DNA of 64,000 nucleotides from Barthelona sp. PCE (Eukaryota), in NCBI GenBank assembly GCA_040285745.1, contig JAUFOR010000005.1, forward strand, positions 124,001 to 188,000, given 5' to 3'. The notes under the pieces are model-generated. The model saw nothing but the letters and a program-made list of their open reading frames with translations. It did not search any database and had not been told where the DNA came from. Position numbers and translations under genes: made by a program. Shown piece by piece: positions 41,780 to 51,375 of this stretch (position 1 is the stretch's first letter; every line of letters begins with the position of its first letter).

Positions 41780-42832
41780 TTATACTGGTAACTGTTTTTT
41801 CTTCTTTGACATTTGTTGAATTTGATCTTGACTATATTTTTCAAATTTCCTTTTAATACTGGATATCCAAAGTTTGATTAAGTATAACACAACGAGACCA
41901 ATAACAATGTATATCCAATATACATAGAATGTTTTGAACTCATCACGTGGAAATTCATCATAGGGAAATGATAATGGTAGTTTTATCTTCAATAGCGAAC
42001 AGATTAGAACATAAAAAGACTGAATAACAATGGGAATAGTTGTGAAAGTTGCTATAATAAGATAAAAAATGTAAAAACCTTTCTCATATTCAACAAAATG
42101 ATGAGTTTTTTCACTTAAATATAAAGATTCCTTTACGATACAAAAAGATCTACGAGCACTTAAAAATTCTCTTAATAAAGGAAAATAAAATATTGGACTA
42201 ACAGCCATTAAACCATCATCTTTATCAGCAGTAGATAATGCAAAAATAAAAATTACTAAAAAAATATCACAACTAATATTAGCCAATAAACATGAATTAT
42301 AGTTAACGTCTAAATAGTTTTTTGGTCCACAACACTGCATAAATATATGCAATATTATACTATAAACAAAACCTACAATTAAAAGTATGGAAAATCCTGC
42401 AATAAATATAAGTATACGTAACATTCCAAACCAGAGCAGTTCAAAGTCCCAAACATTCCAACTAATGATTTTATGATACTGCTGTTGTTCAAAATCAAAA
42501 AATGATGAATGATCATGTCCTCTAATACCAATTATAAACGCATTGAAGAAACTAAAGTAAACGAAGAATGAGAACAGGCGGAATCCAGTGAATATTTTTC
42601 TGATTTTTTGTTTATAAGGCTTTGATTTCTCCCAAAAAAAAGCTACTACGTAAAAAATGGAATGAATTCCGCATAACGTCCACAGAATACATCTAACTGT
42701 TTGTATGGGTATAAGCAACGCACAAACGGTAAAAACAGTGAAAATGCAATCTATTAGTGCAAAATAATCAATGCCTTCAACAGAATTGTCTTCATTGCTC
42801 TTTCCAAACATATAACTAAGGTACAAAGACAT
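41780..42832 (-). CDS. Multi-pass membrane protein, probably the same family as 186-1415
   Basis: Hydrophobic segments; C-terminal QQMSKKKK. Confidence 0.65.
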   Translation of the reverse strand: MSLYLSYMFGKSNEDNSVEGIDYFALIDCIFTVFTVCALLIPIQTVRCILWTLCGIHSIFYVVAFFWEKSKPYKQKIRKIFTGFRLFSFFVYFSFFNAFIIGIRGHDHSSFFDFEQQQYHKIISWNVWDFELLWFGMLRILIFIAGFSILLIVGFVYSIILHIFMQCCGPKNYLDVNYNSCLLANISCDIFLVIFIFALSTADKDDGLMAVSPIFYFPLLREFLSARRSFCIVKESLYLSEKTHHFVEYEKGFYIFYLIIATFTTIPIVIQSFYVLICSLLKIKLPLSFPYDEFPRDEFKTFYVYWIYIVIGLVVLYLIKLWISSIKRKFEKYSQDQIQQMSKKKKQLPV

Positions 42833-43060
42833 TTTATCAGACCCAAAAACACAAAGAAATATGAAAAAGTTTAAGAATAAGGGTAAAAAAATGTTATACT
42901 GACTAATATTACATACTGCATATCTTTAAATGCTGAAAACCGATAAATATACTATATAACACACGATTGAACTAATTCTGCCAAATAGAATCAGTCAATA
43001 TTTGTGATTTGCTTTTCATTTACTATTTCACTCATTTCAAGTCTGATTTTTGATCACACA

Positions 43061-43942
43061 ATGAACATTGTTGATTCTCAGCAGTACAGGGCCTTTATGC
43101 AATCGTACCCTTTGTTAAGTTTTTCATCAGCATCCAAAACGTTGTACTACCATCAAGTACATCCAAAAAACTCCAAAACCAACAGTGAGGCGCTTATATT
43201 CATCCCAGGGGCTGCCAGTAAGGCGTCTAGCTTTTATGCTTTAGCACAATCACTAGTTGGTCTTTCATATAATTCATATCTGCTTGAAATTCCATCAGTA
43301 GAAGACCATACATCATTCGTTGCTCTCGTATCTGAATTTATTAATCGTCAAAGACTTCGTAAAGTTCATTTAGTAGGAGCTTCTTTAGGAGCTTTTTTAG
43401 GATTTTATTTAGCATCACAAAGACCTTACAAAATTGCATCAATTTTTAGTATTAATGGGTTCCTTGACACACATCATTATTACAACAACAGACCTTTTAT
43501 GGGTTTTTATGGGATGTTACCAGCATCTGTTTTAAGAAATTTTTTTTTGGAATGTTTACCAGATGAAACACAATTAAAACCAGAAGTGTACAAAGAAGTA
43601 CTAGGTGGTATTGATTTCTTAGCTGAATCTATTAGAGAACTTGAAAGAAAAGATTTAATTTGCAGATTAAAACTTGCCACTCAGGATAATGTTGTTAGTA
43701 CAGTTCCTGAAGTACCCATAGCCGGCGTGTATAGCTGTGCTTTTCAATCTGTTCCAATGTTCTTGCAGCGTGAACTGGTCAAAAGATTTTCTGATAATTA
43801 CATTACACCTTTACAATATCCTTTTCCTTACCTTTCCAGCCCCAATGATGTGCTGTTGTACCTCATCCCACATCTTAGACGTGCTGATTATGATCCAAAT
43901 AGGGATTTGAGACTTTCTGGTTCAACGGAGTCTGAGGAGTAA
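43061..43942 (+). CDS. SPG21: Maspardin (SPG21)-like alpha/beta hydrolase
   Basis: VHLVGASLGAFLG, DLICRLKL, FPYLSSPNDVLLYLIPHLRR. First ATG at 43061. Confidence 0.75.
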   Translation: MNIVDSQQYRAFMQSYPLLSFSSASKTLYYHQVHPKNSKTNSEALIFIPGAASKASSFYALAQSLVGLSYNSYLLEIPSVEDHTSFVALVSEFINRQRLRKVHLVGASLGAFLGFYLASQRPYKIASIFSINGFLDTHHYYNNRPFMGFYGMLPASVLRNFFLECLPDETQLKPEVYKEVLGGIDFLAESIRELERKDLICRLKLATQDNVVSTVPEVPIAGVYSCAFQSVPMFLQRELVKRFSDNYITPLQYPFPYLSSPNDVLLYLIPHLRRADYDPNRDLRLSGSTESEE

Positions 43943-44166
43943 TTTAATAATTTAATCATGCGTATCAAACAAAGTTCAACAATAAATACTTGTTTTTTTA
44001 TGTATTAAAATGTGGTTTGTTTTCTTACCCTTTCGCATATTTCGCATATTTTTGCACCGTAATAACGTGTTATTCGGCGCATCCATCGATCCACTTATCT
44101 TTTTAAGGCAATTATTTAACTTTACAATACTTTTTTTGTTCATTTGTATAGCTACATTGAAATTTA

Positions 44167-46278
44167 ATGAAATTCGGTGCTTACATAGAGAAAAATCTCA
44201 TCCCGGAGTGGGGCGATAACTACATAAACTATTCACATCTTAAAAAACTTATTAAGCGTATTGCAAAGGATATTGAGGCTCTTGAAATTTTTGAAGAACT
44301 TGATTTCCATGATAGAGCGAAGTATGTGTCCAACCTTAGTACAGAAACGGTATTTTTAGAACATTTATGGGAAGAAGCATTAAAAGTAGAAGATTTTTAT
44401 CATAAACAAATTAATTCTGTTACTGATATGACACTAAAAATTGAAGCCAATATTGTTCAATACAAGGACCCTGAGGTTAGTAATCCTGCATCACATAGAA
44501 AATTGAACAAATCAATCAGAAAAGCAATCAAAACGCAATATCAATTATTAGATCTGATAACAAATTTTGCTGTTATGAACACTACAGGTTTCTCAAAAAT
44601 TACAAAAAAACACGATAAACGTGCCCGTGTACCCATCAGGACAGCTGTTATGCAAAAATTAGAATCTGAATGTAGATTTTCTAGTAGAGTAGAGATCAGT
44701 CCGTTGCAACGTCGTTTGGAGATAGCATATGCTTCAATGTTTTGTGACGGTGACCGCAACCGGGCGCACAAGGAGATACAGCACGTTGATAGGACAACCC
44801 AGACGCAGGAAGGGCCAATTTTTAATGTTGGTGTATCAATTGGATTACTATTATCCTTGCTGTCTTTTTCTTTGTTTGTGGTGTACTCGTGTAACATCGT
44901 GTTGGATGTACCCATTTCTTCTCTGCCTCTGTCTAATATTGCATTTGCTGTCTTCAGTTTTTATTTCTTATATACTATTGCTTGGATCCTGTGGTTAGCA
45001 GATGTCTATGTTTGGATCACAAACAGAGTCAATTTCACGTTTATCCTTGAACTAGAAGCATCAACTGTTCTTTCTTATTGGGAATATGCTCATGTAGCTT
45101 TAATGCAATTCTGCTTTTTAGTGGGTGGATTCACATCCTACCTCATGTCATGTGCCCCTGACGACCATGTCCTGAGCATCGCCTGGGATCCAATAACAGT
45201 TCTCCGTTTATTTTGTGTCACTGTTTGGTTATCACATTTTTTCAGTGCTCCTATCAGAGGCAAGGACTCATTCAGTCTATTGTTCACAACGTTCACCCGC
45301 TGTGTCTGCGCACCCTTCCGTCGTGTTTTACTTCGTGATTTCTTCTTTGCTGATCAAATGAACAGCGGAGTCTATTTCTTGTCATTTTTAGCGCAATTTA
45401 TTATTGTCTCCACATACGATATTTGGTTTTCTACGGATGACTTAGAAAAAACATTGTTTTCTCGTATTGATACACATATAATGTTTACTTGTTCGATATT
45501 GCCTGCTTGGTCTCGTCTATGGCAATGTGTACGTCGTTACAAGGATACAGGCGACGCGTTTCCGCACCTTGCCAACCTTGGAAAGTACGGATGTTCATTA
45601 TTTTTTACTACCTTAACGATGATAACTTGCAATTTTGTTTTAAGAATTATTTTTGGTGTAATAGCTAATTCATATGCTTTGTGGTGGGATTTTGTCATGG
45701 ATTGGTCAGTATTTAAATTTAAATTTCGTTCTTTTGAAATTAACCTGGCAAATCGTCGTAGAATTTTTTCAAATTCTTCATATTATTGTGGTGTTATTAT
45801 TGATATTATTATCCGTAGTAGGTTTATATTGACGCCAATCAAGCATAGTGGTTTATATTTCGTCATTAATATCGCAGAGATGACTAGAAGATGTATTTGG
45901 AATGTATTTCGATTGGAAAATGAGCAAATCTCCAATACAGGACGTTTTAGAGCTGTTAATTCTGTTCCTCTTTTGTTTAAAGTTGATCCGACAAGTATTT
46001 TAGATGTTGGTGAAACTCCTTTCACTGTTTTAAAGGAAGATATTAAAATGGCTAAACGGAAAGAAAAAATTGCTGGAAAAATGTTTGCTAAAATGATGGG
46101 TGATGTGGTGACCAGTGACACAGCTAGTGGTAATGTTGAGTTAAATATTAGAAGCAGCAAATACTTAAATAACGCAATCAATTATAAGAGACAGACTCCT
46201 TCTCCATCCGATCTTGAAATGATGGACATGGTGGACGTGATTATCGATGAAGATGTTGATATTGCTGTTGATGAGTAA
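44167..46278 (+). CDS. SPX-EXS phosphate exporter (XPR1/SYG1/PHO1 family)
   Basis: MKFGAYI...PEW...YINYSHLKK, NTTGFSKITKKHDK, DFFFADQMNS, QCVRRYKD...PHLANLGKY, WDFVMDW, RRCIWNVFRLENE. Confidence 0.95.
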   Translation: MKFGAYIEKNLIPEWGDNYINYSHLKKLIKRIAKDIEALEIFEELDFHDRAKYVSNLSTETVFLEHLWEEALKVEDFYHKQINSVTDMTLKIEANIVQYKDPEVSNPASHRKLNKSIRKAIKTQYQLLDLITNFAVMNTTGFSKITKKHDKRARVPIRTAVMQKLESECRFSSRVEISPLQRRLEIAYASMFCDGDRNRAHKEIQHVDRTTQTQEGPIFNVGVSIGLLLSLLSFSLFVVYSCNIVLDVPISSLPLSNIAFAVFSFYFLYTIAWILWLADVYVWITNRVNFTFILELEASTVLSYWEYAHVALMQFCFLVGGFTSYLMSCAPDDHVLSIAWDPITVLRLFCVTVWLSHFFSAPIRGKDSFSLLFTTFTRCVCAPFRRVLLRDFFFADQMNSGVYFLSFLAQFIIVSTYDIWFSTDDLEKTLFSRIDTHIMFTCSILPAWSRLWQCVRRYKDTGDAFPHLANLGKYGCSLFFTTLTMITCNFVLRIIFGVIANSYALWWDFVMDWSVFKFKFRSFEINLANRRRIFSNSSYYCGVIIDIIIRSRFILTPIKHSGLYFVINIAEMTRRCIWNVFRLENEQISNTGRFRAVNSVPLLFKVDPTSILDVGETPFTVLKEDIKMAKRKEKIAGKMFAKMMGDVVTSDTASGNVELNIRSSKYLNNAINYKRQTPSPSDLEMMDMVDVIIDEDVDIAVDE

Positions 46279-46587
46279 AAATTTTTAGTATATATTTAAG
46301 TGCAATATCGTACGATTTTACTCGCCAACAACATCATAGAATCGCGTGGGGTGCATTGCATCCGCTAGAGACATCGACAGATTGCTTCTATGAAATCATG
46401 TAAGCAGGGTATTCAAAATCTGTTTATAAATGGTTTTATAGTCAATATTAGCTTGTTACGCGAAATAAAAAGCAATGTATTTGATGTTCAGCAACAGATT
46501 CTTTCTTTGTTTGTGTATTTCAATTCTTTTTCCATCTCCAAACTTTAGGAGTTTTTCAGCACCTTTTGAGTACAGTTAGTACTAAAT

Positions 46588-48333
46588 ATGCAGCACAACA
46601 TTAGTATATCATCCCAAAATAACGAGATCTTTATCTGTTCAGAGGATAATGAACTGAATGCCAAATCTAGGGTTTTTTTAACAAAAGCAGATGAAGTAAT
46701 TCACGGACCAAGTCCTGAAGACAACAGCTACAGCATATTGAACCCAATGCTCTCAAATCCAACGATTTTTTACAGAATCAAGCACATCAATGATGAACAT
46801 AGCGAAATTGAATTATTCAACTTCAACAGAGTCAGAAGAAACTTTATTCATTTTAGGACCGATATATTCAGAGGAGGACACATAAGTGGACATTTGATAA
46901 ACGATGATTACATTCTTTGTAATAATGGTATTTTCAATTGGACGAATTTGAACAACATATTTGAAGTGAATATTTCAGATTCACTTTACATTGTTCATGA
47001 AACGTATATTTATATAGTTAACAAACACAACTATGAAATACTGGTGGTTCTTAGTGTTGATTCAAATCCGTTAAAAATAGTATATGAAAGTGAAAGTACC
47101 CAAAATATAAGCAAAAGATTCAATTTAGACGACTATACAGGTGATAAATTATCCATTGAACAGGAAGACGGAGGAGAACATTATGATTGGTTCCCCTCTT
47201 TTATAATACCACAATGTATTGTTTCTAACACTGACGAGTGGAATTATGTAGTAATAGATAAAAATGTTTACTTTGCCCAATGTTTTGAAGGTAAAACAAA
47301 ATTTTCCAGAATGAAATTAGAAGAGTTGAGATACAAGTTCAGTTTAAAAAGAAATTCAGTGCAAAATTTATTTTGTGACCGTATCTATGAATTTCATGAG
47401 TTGTCGTATGTGCTGAACTGGTCAAAACCTTTCATAGAGGCATTTATTCCTTTACCTGAAAACTTTGTTTTAAGTAGTGTTTTTCGATTTTTTGATAATG
47501 AAACTCGTGAATGGCATATCAGTTGTGTAGTTAAAGATAATAATAGATTTTATTTGTTCGTTGATCAAAAATTGAAGTTAGATTTTGATAATTGTGATTA
47601 TCATAAGGACTATAAAATCGTATTTAACAATAAGTACTATGCCTACTCGTTTGAAGATACAACTGAAGATTCGCCTTATATTTTGGTTGTTGGATCTTTC
47701 AATGGTGATAACAGAAAGTTCACGAGAAAAACTGAAATGCTTTCAGTTTGTAATGATCGATTATGGTTTAAGGATGATGAAAGGATTGTTGTGATGAATG
47801 TTGAAAATACAGAAGAATTTATCATTATGGAGCACAAAATTGATTTTGTGATACTAGATATCATACCTAATCCGTATTGTAGTTCAGAGTGTCTTGTTAA
47901 CGCTATTAGGAAATCGGTTCTTTTAAAATTCAATGAAAACGAAGTATCAATTGTTGAGTTACAGAATATAAATGTAGAGAGTGTATGTTTTATGGATGAA
48001 AGCGTTTTTCTTTGTGATGATTCTGTTTACAACTATTTTAATGTCAATAATTTTAAGAATCACGACATTGCTTTTGAAGGAAATTACTTTTCACCAAAAA
48101 AAGGAGTTGCTATTGTGTGCGTTGGTGAATCCCATATGTTTGACATTCATAAAGTATCGTATGATAGAATCAACGATGCATTGACTGAGGCAACCGTATG
48201 TTGCACAGACTTTCTGTCCAACTACAGTCTTTCAGAACCATTATCTTCATATGTTGATCAAATAGAGAGAAAAAGTAATCATGATCATGATTCAGAAAGT
48301 GATCATGATCATGAATCAGAAAATGAATTTTAG
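46588..48333 (+). CDS. Lineage-specific beta-rich hypothetical protein
   Basis: 581-aa ORF; NPYC motif, C-terminal DFLS and His/Asp/Glu tail. Confidence 0.65.
   Translation: MQHNISISSQNNEIFICSEDNELNAKSRVFLTKADEVIHGPSPEDNSYSILNPMLSNPTIFYRIKHINDEHSEIELFNFNRVRRNFIHFRTDIFRGGHISGHLINDDYILCNNGIFNWTNLNNIFEVNISDSLYIVHETYIYIVNKHNYEILVVLSVDSNPLKIVYESESTQNISKRFNLDDYTGDKLSIEQEDGGEHYDWFPSFIIPQCIVSNTDEWNYVVIDKNVYFAQCFEGKTKFSRMKLEELRYKFSLKRNSVQNLFCDRIYEFHELSYVLNWSKPFIEAFIPLPENFVLSSVFRFFDNETREWHISCVVKDNNRFYLFVDQKLKLDFDNCDYHKDYKIVFNNKYYAYSFEDTTEDSPYILVVGSFNGDNRKFTRKTEMLSVCNDRLWFKDDERIVVMNVENTEEFIIMEHKIDFVILDIIPNPYCSSECLVNAIRKSVLLKFNENEVSIVELQNINVESVCFMDESVFLCDDSVYNYFNVNNFKNHDIAFEGNYFSPKKGVAIVCVGESHMFDIHKVSYDRINDALTEATVCCTDFLSNYSLSEPLSSYVDQIERKSNHDHDSESDHDHESENEF
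48277..48326 (+). repeat. Imperfect 24-nt tandem duplication within CDS (NHDHDSES/DHDHESEN)
   Basis: aatcatgatcatgattcagaaagt followed by gatcatgatcatgaatcagaaaat. Confidence 0.7.
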
Positions 48334-48683
48334 CTTTTTTTTTTTTTTGTATTTAGCGCATGAAATTCATCTTAACACACGCATGCAATGGTGCTAACCA
48401 TCTGTACTATGAAATCAAATTTTAAAAATTGCATGCTTGTCAGACATGCTAGTTCTGAGCATACATTCAACTAATCTTCCCCCTTTCGTTTGCTCTGAGG
48501 TAAATTTACAATATAGTACGTTGTTTATTGCCAAAGGTGAATATATTCTATGATTTGTTTGATACTTGTATCTCCTTGTTCTGTTTTTCGTGTCTATCTT
48601 CCAGTTGTATTACTTATGGACAGTAAGAAGATGCTTTTTGCAGGAACTGATGTTTATACAGTTTCAGGAGTAAAGCATAAGTT

Positions 48684-49436
48684 TTATTCTTCAGTCTTAC
48701 ACTTGCATCCCTCATCGCATTCGATGCAAGGGCACGGGCAGTACGCAAAAGGACACTTCCAACCACTGATAGTAGGTTTCTCACAACCTCTATAAAGACG
48801 AGCAAACCACTCTTGTTGTAAAGCAAAGAAAGCGCGACGATGGATCCAAAACTCGGTTCTAAACTGAACATCGTGGTCACAGGGCGTCATACATGAACAG
48901 TCAGATTCAACCAGTGTCTTGCTATCAGAAGCAGGGAACATTGTACCACAACGTTCACAAATAACCATTCGAACGTAATGGCGTTCAGCAGAGTGCTTGA
49001 TATCCTCCAGTTGGATACCCTTGATGTCAAGAATATTAATACCTCTCATTAAAGGCAGAGGGGGAACTCCAAAATCTAACTCTTGCACATGTTGACGTAA
49101 GTCCATATCAAGACCTAGCGCCTCGCCTGCAAGCACCAACTTCTCACGTTGGCTCTTGGACAGAGAACCCCACGGTACAACCGAGGGAGTCTTGAAGGTA
49201 AGCAAATCAATGATGTAACCAAAGTACTTGCTGTTAAAGATCGTTCGGATTTTCAGCGTATTGCTCTCATCCACCGTGACTGAGCTGAGCTGAGTGGAGA
49301 ATAGAGATCTATAATACTCTAAAGCAAGTAGCTCCTTCATAGGAATGTCAAATTGAACAGAATCGACAGTAACGAGCTGCACTGTTGGGTTCTTAATGAT
49401 TAAAGAAGAGTCCATGGCTAAAATGTTAGCTATCAT
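48684..49436 (-). CDS. BTB/POZ-like domain protein with Cys/His-rich C-terminus
   Basis: VQLVTVDSVQFDIPMKELL..EYYRSLFS...NSKYFGYIIDLL; CERCG, CSC..PCDH, CPFAYCPCPCIECDEGCKC. Confidence 0.6.
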   Translation of the reverse strand: MIANILAMDSSLIIKNPTVQLVTVDSVQFDIPMKELLALEYYRSLFSTQLSSVTVDESNTLKIRTIFNSKYFGYIIDLLTFKTPSVVPWGSLSKSQREKLVLAGEALGLDMDLRQHVQELDFGVPPLPLMRGINILDIKGIQLEDIKHSAERHYVRMVICERCGTMFPASDSKTLVESDCSCMTPCDHDVQFRTEFWIHRRAFFALQQEWFARLYRGCEKPTISGWKCPFAYCPCPCIECDEGCKCKTEE

Positions 49437-49878
49437 AAATAAAAATTTGTTATTTCGCCTATGAAGTCATAATGCGTAAAAAAATGTGCCCAGTTATGAA
49501 AACTGCCCCAAAACTACAAGTCATACAATTTAAAAGTGGAAAAAGGAACTTAAAAAGAATGTAGAGTATTGGAAGGACTACACTATCTTTTGGGTCTTTT
49601 TACCCCAATTTTGTGAGTTACACCAACTTTGATGAGAATTATCTAAAACAAGTAGATTTTTGGGTTGAGTTACAGTTGCAAATAAATGCATTTTTTCCAT
49701 TGTAATCCCCTTAATATTGTATATTCTCCTTCGTTATGAGATTTTTTTGAAAAAAAGTGACAGCTGATCAACTATTGATTACTCTTATTCCCACAAATTT
49801 GAGCCTGCCCATGCGAATACCACTTTAATATAATTTACTTATTATTTATGAACAATTGTGACTGTCAAAATCGGACGA

Positions 49879-51258
49879 TCACTGGAACTGGTTCAAGCGC
49901 TCCCACACATGCTTATGAGTGACCACTTGCACCGGGGCAACGCTACATTGGCCGTAGTGCCCGCAGTTAGGCTTTAGGCACGAGAAGCAAAACTCGTGAG
50001 TGCATGTAAAGCACTTCATGCTCTTGCACGCACCGCCGTGCTCTATGGGAGTCAGACAATTCGGGCAGACGCGCACAGATGGGACATCTTGAATGTTGTT
50101 AAACTCAATGGTAATCAAGGGCGCGTTCTGCAGGCGGTTGTTGAGCTCATCGACATCCTCTTCCGAGCACTGCGAGAGGCGCTGCGTGATAAAGAGCTTG
50201 AACTCGTTCGGGAGGATGCCGCGGATGGCGAGAGGGATTCCTTCGCGCACGCGCAAAACGCTGTTCGGGAGCCTCAACGTATGGTCGCAAAGGGCGACAG
50301 ACGGCAGCATGGTGTCGACTGGCTGCAGAATGACAGTGAACAAGTTCAGTTCGGGCGAGCCGTTGAGCCAGTACACGAACTGCAGCAAATCAAGCGAGTT
50401 GAAACTGTGCAACACCTCAGACATGGCGTTACGTACTTCAGAGGGCACCTCCTGCTCGTAGTCGAAAGCGGAAAGCACCTGCTCGGCGGAAAACCGGGGT
50501 GGGCCGCACATCATCGCCTTGACTTCAGCGAAAGTCAGTGTGACACCTAATTGCGCAGTGAGCTCATGCGAGTTGAATGTTGCGTTCACCATCCTTGATA
50601 GCTCCACCCATGGATGGGAAACCATGTCTCGGGCAAGCTGCAGGAATTCATCAATATTATCAGCTGTAACCAACCTGTCCTCACCGCCTAAGAAGTTGAA
50701 GTTCAGACCCTCTTGATCCAGCATGTTAAGGATGTACGCCGACTCGGTCGGGAACACCCTGTCGAAGATAATTGCATCGGAAAGCTTGTCATAATCTTCA
50801 CTGAGCGCATTCAGCAAGAACTGGCCAACCTGAATGTCGTCGACGGGCGACTGAAACACGAGACAGCAGTACAGGAAGCCGCACACGGCCTCGATGAGCT
50901 CTTCGGAAGCCGTGGTATCGAAGTGCAGGAATGAGCGATGCTCGAAGACGTGGTCCACGAACTGTACAAGCGAGAGCTGCTCCATTCCGTACATCTTAAT
51001 CGAAGCGCCGAAATGCTCAGCGCCACTCATGAACGTTTTGGCATTGGTGAACACCTTAACGAATAGTTCATCGAAGGACTCAGTGGTTTGCTCGAACTCC
51101 ATTGTGCATCCATCACGCCCGTTGTCGCGCAAAAGCGCCTGCTTTGTGACCATGAACTGGATGATCAGGCGTCTGATGATGCGGTCCTGCGCTACCGGTG
51201 CGTTTGCGCGCCACTCATAATGATTGATACAATCTCTTTTTTCTACCGCACAATACAT
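49879..51258 (-). CDS. HECT-like domain fused to an RBR Rcat/RING2-like domain
   Basis: EDRLVTADNIDEFL, LTFAEVKAMMCG, LLQFVYWLNGS, LPSVALCDHTLRLP; then CPNCLTPIEHGGACKSMKCFTCTHEFCFSCL. First ATG at 51258; true start uncertain. Confidence 0.75.
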   Translation of the reverse strand: MYCAVEKRDCINHYEWRANAPVAQDRIIRRLIIQFMVTKQALLRDNGRDGCTMEFEQTTESFDELFVKVFTNAKTFMSGAEHFGASIKMYGMEQLSLVQFVDHVFEHRSFLHFDTTASEELIEAVCGFLYCCLVFQSPVDDIQVGQFLLNALSEDYDKLSDAIIFDRVFPTESAYILNMLDQEGLNFNFLGGEDRLVTADNIDEFLQLARDMVSHPWVELSRMVNATFNSHELTAQLGVTLTFAEVKAMMCGPPRFSAEQVLSAFDYEQEVPSEVRNAMSEVLHSFNSLDLLQFVYWLNGSPELNLFTVILQPVDTMLPSVALCDHTLRLPNSVLRVREGIPLAIRGILPNEFKLFITQRLSQCSEEDVDELNNRLQNAPLITIEFNNIQDVPSVRVCPNCLTPIEHGGACKSMKCFTCTHEFCFSCLKPNCGHYGQCSVAPVQVVTHKHVWERLNQFQ

Positions 51259-51375
51259 CAACAAAAGATCTCAATTCTTAGATCAGGCGCAAACCAAACA
51301 CATTGTAAAAGCTTACACATGTAATTGACAAACATTCAAAGTTTCGCTTTTGCATTTCTCTCCTTTCAATCATAA

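Noticed and set aside
48355-48465. Cluster of CATG/GCATGC palindromic words
   Set aside because: Short, irregularly spaced, no extended stem; compatible with chance
49996-51324. Several plus-strand ORFs of 65-184 aa
   Set aside because: Antisense shadows of the GC-rich HECT-Rcat gene; no motifs
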